NCBI GenBank assembly: GCA_965113315.1
Contig: OZ220364.1
DNA: 64,000 bases
Source of the DNA: Podarcis vaucheri
Taxonomy: Eukaryota
Direction: 5' to 3' (one strand)
Shown: positions 12,389 to 23,929 of the stretch, one piece after another
Position numbering within the stretch: the stretch's first letter is position 1
Layout of the letters: each line of letters begins with the position of its first letter
Translations under genes and position numbers: made by a program
The notes under the pieces: model-generated
What the model saw: the letters and a program-made list of their open reading frames with translations, nothing else
Told to the model about the DNA's origin: nothing
Database searches by the model: none

Positions 12389-15300
12389 CTGAAGAGACAC
12401 AAATATCAAAGGATTGAATTGATTCAGTGTTTTTATGCTGCTTTTTCCAACAGCAAAGTTGAGGTCAAAGCAGTCCACAACAATAAAGATAAGAACGCTT
12501 CCATCAGTATAATCATAGCACATCAGTAAGCAAAAGCGGACCAATAAAAAAGACATTTAATACAAACCCATGCTTATTCAAAAATAATTTATCAGAAATG
12601 ACTGCTAAGCACTAGCCCAGTGCCAGCTGACATAACTCCTATAGAAAGTGGTTTTCTCGCCCAATGCAGCAGCACAACCTAAGAAGGCAGATGGGAGTAG
12701 TCAGGTGGTCTTTAATGAAAACATACAAAACCTGGAAATGGGAATGATTTTTGGGAAAGCTAAGAGGCACAGAAGGCTGACCGGAATGCAGGGAGTAGGT
12801 TAAAAACACCACCACACAATTATAACCTACATTGGTTTTTGAGTTACTGGTTGAATACTTGGTGTGATCACTTTGTTTATCAAGCAGACATTTGAATGAA
12901 GTCCATGACCAAGGAACATCCAAAGCCATCCAACCAAATCAACCCAATACTACTGACCAGTTGGACAAATGTAAATGCATTATTAATAAAATAATAGAGT
13001 ATCTTGGAGAGACACAAGTAGGGTGGAAAAACTGAAGGGAAATGATGTAGAGAAGCTGAGAGCAAAAAGGCAAAGACTTAGGGCCAATAGGAAGGGGCAA
13101 GAAGCTGTGGTGAGATTCGGCAAGTACCTATGAAGCTACACCAACATCTCTTGTTCATTCGTTGCTGCTTTCAAGAAAGACGCTTTGACAGACACTTACT
13201 TTAATAGAAACCAATGCATGTGTGGGAACAGAGCTATATACACAGGCAGAGTAACACACAGCGTTCTGGACATGGGTGCACATCTACATGCATATAGTTT
13301 ATGATACAGACAACCACAAAAGTCATACTGAGCAGACTTGATTATTTTGTGCCAACACAAACAGTCACTCTAAGAATACTAAGTGTACCAAGTGAAGAAG
13401 GTTCTCTCCCTTAATAAAGGAAATAAATTTCAGTCATTACAGACTCACTGAATACTACTCAGCAGGACAAGTCAAGACATCAGGTAGAATGAATATTCTA
13501 TCGTGATCTTGTGTGTCTGACATAGTAAAAGCTCCAAAAGCAAACAGCAGTTCTTGCCTAATAGCAAGTTATTCAGGGCATTCGGCAATTTCAAATTGTG
13601 TTTGGAAAGGGTGAGGAGAGGAAAGACGACTGCTTGTTTAAACAAAGACAATTTCCTGGCTTCCAATTTCCTGGCTTTACAGCAGATAAAGGAATCCAAT
13701 GCCTACATTGTTAAAGAACAGTTTAAAAAGCAAGTGAGAGTGAGAAACTTTGTCATGCCTGATTAATAACTGGCTGTGATGAAGGGGCACTACCTGAGCT
13801 ATTGATAGGTAATGTGTCACTAAAACATAAAGACCAGAAAGCTGAAGCAGGTAAGCAAAGCATAAACTGGTAGAGCATGTTTGTTCTGTAGTGATTATAT
13901 ATTCCCATGAGATACTAATGTCAACTACCTCCCTGTCACCATCCTTAACATCCATAAAATGAGCCCCTTTGCATTCTCTAAAAGTAGGCACTTAATCACA
14001 GGTGATTGCCTTAATGCAGAAAGTATTTGCATGTTAACCAATGGGCAACACAGCAAGTCTGCATTCAGCTCCTTCTGAGTGAGGAAAGAGGAAAAGAGAC
14101 TGAACAATCAGAAATAAATTCAGCAGGAAAGCATATTCATAGTACTGAACTACTGAGAATCAGGAATTTTAGCGGATTGTGTGCACAGGTGTAAAATGCA
14201 TTTACACTGACATTCAGAATGATATAACCGAGGATTTAGGTAAAGAAGTGGCCCCTGACTTGATCAGAGTAACAACCACCCAGAATAAATAGGATTGGTA
14301 TAACTGGGGTGCAGTGTATTATGCAACTCAAATACATCCATTACCTTGAAAAATATTCAAGTTACCAAACTCTTTTCAACATGGTCCTGGGACAAACTAA
14401 TGAGCAAATCACCCACAATGCAGATGGATTAAAAATGTGACGTTAAAAAATGTGATATAAAAATGTGCATTATGCTGGATATGAAAAGGCAAGAAGAATG
14501 CAAAACTAACTGGAAGGAATATCAAATATAGTGTATTAGAATAGTAGACACAGCACTCATCAAAGAAGTGTCAGCCTTGCCTCTTCCCTAAGCTCCACCC
14601 CCCTCATAGTATCCTCTCCCACACCCTTAGGATGATGTCTGTCCCACACCCTACAAAATCCCCTTCCCAACTCCCAGAACAGCCACTTTATACGAAAGGG
14701 TAGCCATTTTGTGTATGCACCCCAAGCAGTATTTTCAAGGTAGGTTGTGATCTATCCATGTTGGATGAGGGTGGATATATGAGCACTGGCCCCATGCTAT
14801 TAGCTGATATACTTTCCAGCCATTGAATTGTGTTAAGATGAACCCCCACCCCTCAAAAAAAATTGCTCTGCAAGCTTATCTAGCCAGATGGCCACAAGGA
14901 AGCCAGAGAAGGAAGTACAGTATTATATGCTCTCAAGGCAATGATTCACCAGGGACTCTGCTGAGAAGGTTGTGCGCTGGAAGAGTGTTTATTTACATGA
15001 GGAGGGTGGGGAGAATTCAGTGCTGTGCACCCATTTATCCCACCACATAATATTAATTTCCTTTTATTTCCCCCACTAAGAACCATGAAAATGTAAGGAT
15101 CCCTGTAGTATATTAAAAAAACATATTGAATGTTACATTTGTAAATAATGTAAAACAAAAGTATAGAACATAAAATTTTAAAAAAACCAGTTTGATTCCA
15201 GATCTACCCTCTGTTTCACTGGAATGCAGTGTTTCCGGAAATACTGGATATCGTTCAGGGAATTAGGCAGAATGTCCTGGTCAGATGACTGCCAAGGGAA

Positions 15301-18300
15301 GGGGCCACTTCAGCAGAAAAGGCAGGTGTTCTACCTTACACTGAACAGTTTCCTGGCTGAAAAAACAGAAAGATTTTGCATTACAGAATCCTTCCCCAGG
15401 CATAACTATTTGGACTATTTATTATAGTAAACTGTTTCAATGATACTTCTTCAAATATCATGAGTATGTTTGATCCAATACTCTCTGTACAAAGCATGGG
15501 ACAAGTTGGGGGCAGGGGAGAACATACTTGAGAACTATGCTTTTGGGTCACCTCCAAAGTAAGAGCCCAACAAAACTACCTTAAGCTGCTACCAGACTGA
15601 TGTTCAGCTGTGCCATCCTTGATATGCCAAAAAGTTTCTACCACTTCCATTAGAATTAAAATGTATCTTGAAATAAAAAGGCATTGCAGACGAAGATATT
15701 TGAACATAACCACTTGCTACAGACATGCTGTGATATGTCTGCAAGCCTAAGAGGACCAAGGGTATTATAAGTGAGCTAATGATCAAAAGTAACTATTACC
15801 AGTGATGCATTTATGGCAAGGGGGTGGGTGTGAAACGTACCACCATCACCCCCACTACAAATGTAGCCAAGGAGCACAGCTCTTCTTATCATATGCCAGA
15901 AAATCAATGGCTACGACCATTTGATCTCAAATCTCCATAAGTGAAATTCTAATAGGAGATATAGGAAACACAATTATCTTATTACAGTGTAATGCTTTAA
16001 TATCTATTTGTAAGTATTGTAAGTACCACTGAGTAAGGCAGGCTCAATGAGTTCAAGAGAACTTACTTCCAAATAAACAGGTACATGATTGCTGCCTTAG
16101 TTGAGTATTTGAGGAAAGGGGTTAGAGCCAGGAAACATAGCTGAGGTTTAAAGTAATTACTATAAAATAAAGCAAGAGATTTAATCCAGCCCCTCCAGGA
16201 ATAATCCACCCCAAACCTAGAGAAAGTCAATGTGTGTATCAAGTGGTGTGTTGCGCATTTTAGTTCTGTCTTAACAGCTTTGCTTTAACTTGAGAGAAAT
16301 GAAAGGATCTACTTAAATTCCAGTGGACCTGATAATTTCCAGAGAATCAAGAGCTCTGCATAAGATTCCTGAGGAAACAGGATACATCTGCAGAAATAAG
16401 AGAATAGTGCTACCCTTTGAAACAGGAAAAGGCAACAACGCACTCTTCCAAATCAGCATTAGCTAGATTTTCAAATAATGGTAACTTCATAAAGATAGTG
16501 CAATGCAGAATTCTGGACTTATATGGGAAATCTGGGTTCAAATCCTTGCTGAAGTTGGTGGTCTTGATAAAATCACAGTCTCCTAGCCTACTTATATGTT
16601 TGGTGCAATAATAAGATGCTTTGTAACTGCCCAGAGCCTTTTATGAGGGAAGACAACCTAGAGCTGTATAAAAATGAAAGGAGATCCTATGCTTACACCT
16701 GCAAGGTAAGACAGGTATACAAATTAGCCCGCTGAATTGTACTTAATGTTGTCAAGCAAGAAAGCCTAGTTTGACCGTAGCTGCCCAAATAACTTTTGCT
16801 TCTCGTGCCTAAGGCCAGTTGCCTTGCTGAGTTCAAATGCCTAAAATTAATGCCTCTCTATTTGCTAATCCTACCCATCAGTAAAGGAGACAATAGGAAG
16901 AAGGAAGGCATGTGATAAAAAAAAATTGTCATTTTCTCTGGAGAAGGTATTCCAGTTGCAATATAAAAAGCAATCCATCAACACTGACAGAATGCAATGG
17001 CAGGCAGCATATTTTCACCAAAGAGACTATGGAAAAGATAGCACTGCTTATTTGCAATTTGTACAAATTACATTAACATAGTAAAGACACCAGTCCCCAG
17101 GTTACAGACGCACATAGCCTTTCATACTGGTCACTTTTCAGGCTTTTTGAAAATTATCTCATTAGAAAACACAGACTACAGAAACTATCCATGTGCACCA
17201 AGTCCAGTTGGTTCAGATCTGCAGCCTGACATTCATAAAAAGAAATTTGAAATAGTAGGATTTATTAGGTTGCACAAGTATGTGTTGTGTGTATATATAG
17301 TCTTTATGATCATTTTTTTGTCAGTCTGTACAACAGTATGACATTATGGTATAGTTTTCATTTTGACAAAACAGTCAAAAGCAACGGCATCAAACTTCAA
17401 TTCACCTATCCCTGACTGATATGAAGGATCTATGTTTTTGTTATAATGGTGTAATAAACAGCACCACCAAAATGTTACATACAGAATGCGGCTGATAAGG
17501 CAGTGCTATATCTTACACAGATATTTTGGTGACTAGCCCCAAGATAGTCATACATACTGCCCTGCAGGTACTGTAGGGCCCTTCTCAAGTATGTAAATAT
17601 GGGTGTTCCATCTCCTCCACCCACCTTTCCTCATGGCACAGTCTCCCCAGTACTGCTATGGAGGCTTTTAACAAACCAAGCTAGGGACACCAAACGTTCA
17701 CTTTTATAAAAGGAATGAACTTGTAAAGTCAGCAAACCAAAAAAATAACAACTCCTATTTGCTTGCTGTGTACTAGCACTATGCTCAGACTGTGAAACCC
17801 AAGGAGACATTATACTTATACTGTAGGAGTAAGACTCACTGAATTTAACCGAGCTTTAAGCATAGATGTCAAAAATTGCAAAGGTTATAGTCTCTTTATA
17901 CACACACAGCAGTTTTTAATTTTTCCTTTACTCAATTGAAGGACACCACATTAGCACTAAAAGAAAAAAAATACATAATATTATATTAAACCTAAAGTAT
18001 TGATTTATATTTTTCCATTATCTTTCTTTCAATATATTTGTCTCAACCTCAAGCTGGCTTACAGATTTTACAAATGTAATTATTATTTAGTGATGGGACA
18101 AGGAATGTGGGACTAGGCACAAGAAAGCCTAGTCATGCATACTGTACCTGCAGGTACAAATCAAATTATTTGGTGATGGGACAAGGAATGTGGGACTCTC
18201 AGGATCCCTAACGGGTGCCCTTATTAGCATTCTTTCTCCTTTGTTGGAACCTGTAGAAAAGGAACCAACAGAAAAGAAAGTTAACTTTTTCCTCATATCA

Positions 18301-19899
18301 TGAGATCTGAACATATAATGCCTAACTCTGAAGGTCTATTCGTCCTTCCTTTCATCATAAACTCCATACAGCTAAAATGTCACCATGACTCTGCTGCAAG
18401 CAGGCCTTCCACTGCCACATTGCAGCAAATCAAAATAAGTCTGGAAAATCCATGTCACTAGAGCTTCAAAATATCTCTTAATTTTACTTATCTGCAGGTT
18501 CAAGTACTAGGATACTTACACTGACAAGCCTAAGCAGCATTGTTATATGCCAACTAAGGGAGGTGGGTTTTTTTACAGCCTCCCTGCATTCTCACACTGT
18601 ACCTGTCTCTAACCATGGTTACTAGTCCTATGCTTTTTTTGCTGGAGATGGCAAAAATCCACCAGCTGTTGCATTTTGGCCACCGTGCAACAAGCAGGGT
18701 AAAGAGAAGAATTTTGCTGAATATATTTGTTGAGAATCTTCCTCTAGCTGTAACTTTCACCCTTCAAGTACAAATAAAAGGTCTCAAGGCCCTTCCTGTC
18801 TCTTGTCAATAAGCACCACCTCACGTAGCCCAACCTGTCTGATGTTTCTAAAGTTGCGACAGCTGCTGCACTTTCCAGTACTCACTCAACTATTTGCCTG
18901 CAGGCTACCAGTTCATTACCTCTTCTCTCCGTAACAACATTTTTTGTACCCATGCACCTGACTTAAAATTTAAGTGCAAGCAAACAAAAGGCATAACCCG
19001 ATTAGCCGAACACCATATGCTATGTAACCACTAATTCCCCAGGCTTCCCTGAAAGGGTAAAAGAAAGTTACGCATCAAGGATGTGTGTATCCAAATGATT
19101 TGATTCAGTTACCCGATGCTATGAAATAGATGCATATAGGTCAACAAAACAATTCAGCATTTTGCAAACAGGCACAGCCTTGAGCCTTGGTCCTAATCGT
19201 GCTCATTTTTTACTCCAACTGTGGTTACTTTACCACATACAGTGATTGGGGAAGAGCGTCTACCATCTGGCCTGACTACATCATATTACTAGACTGCACC
19301 CTTCCAACTTTCTCCTATGCTCTTCTCCTCAGGCCTTCTGCTCCAGTGAGGCCTTCTCCGACTGTTAGGCCCAAATCCTTGAGGCAGCCCACCTCTGTCA
19401 GCCTCTATTCACAAACATATGGAGCTGTGGGCACCGCAGGTTTTACTTGGCTGCCTTGCGTATGTGAGAGGCCAAGTTTAATCCTGTGGGTTGTGGAGAT
19501 AACACACAGATAAGAAAGGGGGGCAATACAAATAAAGGCATGGCAGCAAGCAAATGGTTTGCAGCACAGCAATGTCTGTGAAGATGAATTGACTTAAGAC
19601 CCACTTTGCAGAGGGCTCGCAAACCCGGCACTTTTCAGGTGCCTGTATGCATCTCACAAGGTCCATTCCCACCTAGATCCCCAGGATGGTGGGCTTACCC
19701 CACGTCAACACCCCCCAGAGGGAGAAAAGGGGGGTGGATCTTCCAGCGTCAGAAGCTTCCCTGCTGCATCCTGTCAAACCCCAGCCCCACGGCTTCTCCT
19801 TGGATCAATGTCTCTGCCCAGGAAGAAGACCCTTTGCCCATCAAACCCCCCCCCCAACCAACCACCTCGAAAGGCCTTTCCTTCAAGCCCCCCCCTGCA

Positions 19900-20720
19900 C
19901 GCCTCTCCTCCTCGCCTGCCTGAGTAGTGAGCCAGCCTCGCCGCCGATGCCTTTGATTTAAGGGGTGCTTCTCCCTCGCAGACCGGCCCTGCTCAGGTGC
20001 GCTCCCCCCCCCCCGCCTCACCTGCGTCTTGGTGGTGAGCTGGATCACCGCCTTCCTGAAGTTGAGCTTGGAGTCGGCGTTGCCCATCCTCCTCCCGCGC
20101 CCGGATCCGGGTCCGCTACCTGCTCACTCCCTGCGGCGGGCCAGAGCGAGCCGCCGCCGCCTCCTCCTCCCTCGTCACCGCTAACAGCCCTCCTCTCCTT
20201 CTCCACCTCTTCCTCTCCTCGGCGCTGCGGGCTCCATCCCGGCGGCTTCGCTCACCTGCTTCCCTGGCGGCGGCGGAGGCTGCTACTCCCTCCCTCCCTC
20301 CCTCCCTCCCTGTCAAAGGGAGCCGCGCAGCAGCTGATGCTGTTGCTGGTCCTGATCCCGCCTCCCCTCGTCAGAGAGAGGCGGCTCCTCCTCGCGCCTC
20401 CCTCCGTCCCCGGCAGCAGCCGCCCCCTTTCCCTGATCGGGAAAAGCCACGCTAAGCCCGCCTCCCTCTCTTCCATCAGCATCGCCTCTCTGGTCCTTAG
20501 GCACGCACGCATCATGCATCCCTCCATCTTCTCCATGGGCAAAAAGGCCTTTCTGCTCAGTTGCGGTGACGCCGCCTTCGCACGGCTCCACACTAAAAAC
20601 ATAACCTCTCGGTTTTCCTCCAATTCTGCCTGAAGCGCAGACCGCTCCCTCGCCCCGCCTGCTTCTCATTGCTGCCTCCACCATTTCCCGCTCTCCTGCC
20701 TCATGCACACCCCAGGGTTA
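19900..20720. promoter_or_regulatory. CpG island / HID1 promoter and 5'UTR
   Basis: High GC and CpG density against a CpG-depleted background; GC-box-like CCGCCC/CCCGCC motifs and (GCC)/(CCT) runs around exon 1. Boundaries approximate. Confidence 0.85.
20022..20087 (-). CDS. HID1: HID1 coding exon 1 (66 nt), N-myristoylation motif MGxxxS
   Basis: MGNADSKLNFRKAVIQLTTKTQ followed by GTGAG donor (20017-20021). Strong Kozak context (AGGATGG); lies in a CpG island. Confidence 0.97.
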
Positions 20721-21684
20721 TTTTCTCCCCTTATACCGCCTTGCGGCTCAGTTCTCTATTTGTTTTCACACTGTGTTGAGGAGGGCATCCTCCCCTTAAA
20801 TGTGTATAAGATTGGAGCCCTACAGTACATCTTCTTCTTAATTATTATCCCAGTGTATCTCATAACTGGTTTTTTGGTCCCTCACACAGAAGAGTCCTAT
20901 ATATATGCATTCACCCTTTCCCCACTTGTTCAACCTATTTATCTACTATATATTTATGTTCCACTATTAATTTATCTGGTCCATCCTCCACTCCCTTCCA
21001 AACTTTAAATGGCAAGATTAGCCCAAGATATTTTGGTATGCATAAAATTGTACCCACCCATCCTATGTTCTGGCAACATAGGCAAAAAGTACACATCCAT
21101 ATTTTTAACAGTGTGCACACAAAGAATACTGTGCATGCAAAAAGTCTGAAGTTCAAATTCTGGCATATCCAAATATGGCTGGGAATTTAGAGAAGGCACT
21201 TGTCTGAAACTGGAGAGCTGTCCAAACCCTTTGCACACATCAGATACATTTCAGGGCCTTGGGTTATTTTGTGGAACATAAAGGTATGGTCATACATATA
21301 AGAATACTTTTTAAACATAGGTGTACAAATATAAGGAACGGTTTAAGAGATGATTAGCACACTGTCTCAAATTTGCTACCCAAGTCAACTGCCACAGTTT
21401 GCTTCAGAATACGGCCAGACCTTTAAAATAGTTCCTTCTGCTCTTTTCCTGTCTTAAAGTATATATGTGGCTGGTGAGGGGATTTGAATTGTCCTTATTA
21501 ATGACTTTATGTATAAACCAAGTGTGGTAGCTACTCTTCTTTTGCCATAGTACAAATTGACAAGATATATATTTTCACACACATCCTTCTTAATTTCTAC
21601 TTTATTCAGTTGCCAGCATTCATCTTTCCTTCTCCCTTCTGTATCACCCACCACTTATATGTTATCTGTATTGTAGGCTCATAA

Positions 21685-22420
21685 ATGAAGAGTCCTGCTA
21701 AATCAAACCAGAAGCCCATCTAGCCCAGCATCTCGTTCTCACAGTGGTCAACCAGATGCCAATGAGGGCAACAGTACTCTTACCACTTGTAATGCCCAAC
21801 AATGTATATTCAGAATCACACTGCCTCTGATACTAAAGGCAGTATGTAGCTATCATGGCTGGTAGCCACTGATAACCTTGTCACCCATGAATCAGTCTAA
21901 AATCATTTGTAAGTCATCTTGTTGTAGATAATTCCATAGTTTAACCAGGCACCTTATGAAGAAGTATTTCATTTTGTCTTTCTGAATCTTCCAAAATTCA
22001 GGTTAATTGGATGGGCCCTGGTTCTTGTTTTATGAGCAAGGGAGAAAATTTTATCCACTTTCTACACATGAAGGATAATTTTGTAAATATCTGTCATTTC
22101 ATCTACTTATGTGCCTTTTTTCTAAACTAAAAAGCTGAACATATTGATTCCCCCCCATTGGGGAATTACTCCAACCACTCGATCTTTTTGGTTGCCCTTT
22201 TTGGAACTTCTTTTGCAGTATATCAAAAAATATCCTTCTTGGAGTGTGGCATGGCAATTACAGTATTCAAAGTGCAGCCGGATTTGTATAACAGCATATT
22301 AGCAATTTCATTTTTAATTCCTTTTCCTAATAATCCCTCACATGAGGTGGGTTTTTTGTTTTTTTACAGTTGCCACACGTTAGGTCAACATCTTCATAAA
22401 GCTATTTGCAGAATTGGGCC
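21685..22420 (-). mobile_element. Old CR1 LINE 3' fragment
   Basis: cccatctagcccagcat...cagatgcc 3'UTR signature and degenerate reverse-strand FSLEKR coding (ccttttttctaaactaaaaag, ~22113-22133). Confidence 0.7.
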
Positions 22421-23009
22421 TATAGCTATTGCTTGGTTTCTATAGAGGAACCAAGTGAGCTTTCTCCTAACGCAGGTGTGTGAGGGCTGATCGAGAAAAG
22501 ACACTCAGCGCATGAGCAAGGACACTATTTCTTCATTAAAGAAAACTAGATTCTGAACTAAACCCTGGGGAAGGGTGGCACATCAAATTAAGTTCTTTTG
22601 CCAGTAGTTGATATGGAATCACCAGCACCCCTCCATCAAATTCAGATGCCTACCCCTGTTCCAAGCTTTCCTACTCTGTCCTCCACTAGGAAGACTATTT
22701 GCCACCTCCTATTGCAAGGAACAATCTTGCCTCCCATCTATTTTAATTAATAAGAGACATGGAATTAGATTCCCCCCTCCCCAAGTCGGATTGTTCGTTT
22801 ATTGCAGCGAGAGCAAGGATTTTCCAAAGGAACAATGGCAAGGAATAATGCCAGCATAAGCTGTCGTGAAAACATTCATCGCTGGCTCTTACCCAACACA
22901 CACATCCCCAGCGCGCAAAGTAAAAGCTGTGCAGGCTGCCGTAGTAAAAAGGACCTCCCACTTATGTGCAGATTCACAGATTTGGGTTTTGTTTTGCTTT
23001 TTGACTGGC

Positions 23010-23560
23010 ACCTTCCACGGCTCCGCCCCTAGCTCTCTACATCCTGGAGGAATGCAAGCCTCAAATCCGCCTAGCAGCTAAAATGCATCTGGAATTCCTC
23101 TGATGAGAAGGATCGGGCGGGTAAAAAAAAAAAAGGAAAAGGAGGGAGGTCTGCTCTCCCTCTCCCTCCTCCCCTCCTCCCGCGCCCATGTCTTTTGCAT
23201 GGAATTTTTTTTGCAGCAGTTCCATGCTAGAGGTCTCCACCGAGCTGCACAAATAGGAACTGGCTGCATCGGAAGGTTGCTCTTTCTTTTGTGCATCATC
23301 ACCCAGCGAAGTCGGCGCAAGTAAGAGAGCCTTTGCAGTCTTCAGGTTCTGGTTCCCGTCCGTAACAAAGACTTAATAATCCCTCCGCCCCCAGCCAGAA
23401 AGCAAGATTTTGGCGTGGAGGACAAGAAAAAGGCCGGGGAAATCCGTACGCCACGTCTTCTCTGCTCTCGCTCCCTCGCCAAAGGGCTGATGGAGAGAGA
23501 AGGAAGGAAGGTGATGCAGAGATAGAGGGAGAGAGAGAGCGCTCGATGCCTGCTACTACT
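23010..23560. promoter_or_regulatory. CpG-enriched CDR2L promoter / 5' leader
   Basis: Raised CpG density and Sp1-type CTCCGCCCC motifs (~23021, ~23383) upstream of the CDR2L ATG. Divergent from HID1, with start codons ~3.76 kb apart. Confidence 0.65.
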
Positions 23561-23850
23561 GCAGCAGCAGCAGCACTGATCACAATAGCACATCTGCAAA
23601 GCCATTGTCCCAACCTTACGTCTGCGCAGGATCAGACCTACTGGCCGATTCCCAGCCTTAAAGCCTGGCGACTGGATCCTGCCTTCATCAGCTTGGGTCT
23701 TTGGGAGAAGATCCCCTCTGCTCCCCCTCCCCCAGCTCCGGTCTTTTCTCACCCTTGATTGTATATATCTTTCTGCAGTATCCTCTTTGAGAGCTCAGCC
23801 TCTCTCTGCTTTACTGCTCTGTTTTGGATGTTTCCGGAGTAGGAGAGCTA

Positions 23851-23929
23851 ATGCTGAGCGCCGACAGGATGGAAGAGTTTCAAAGCGAAGAAGAGGAACC
23901 CTGGTACGACCAACAGGACTTGGAGCAAG
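23851..23929 (+). CDS. CDR2L: CDR2L coding exon 1 (79 nt)
   Basis: MLSADRMEEFQSEEEEPWYDQQDLEQ plus 1 nt, GTAAGG donor at 23930. Matches the CDR2/CDR2L N-terminus ([18 protein letters not shown]). Not in the ORF track. Confidence 0.93.

Noticed and set aside
19965-20708. 222-aa, 123-aa and 131-aa ORFs over the HID1 start
   Set aside because: Low-complexity Pro/Arg/Leu/Gly translations expected from a stop-poor CpG island; no recognisable domain.
23095-23145. CTGATGA...GAAA hammerhead-like spacing in the CDR2L leader
   Set aside because: No stem II closing pair and no stem I/III complementarity. The same applies to CTGATGA-type hits near 34630, 58785 and 62588.
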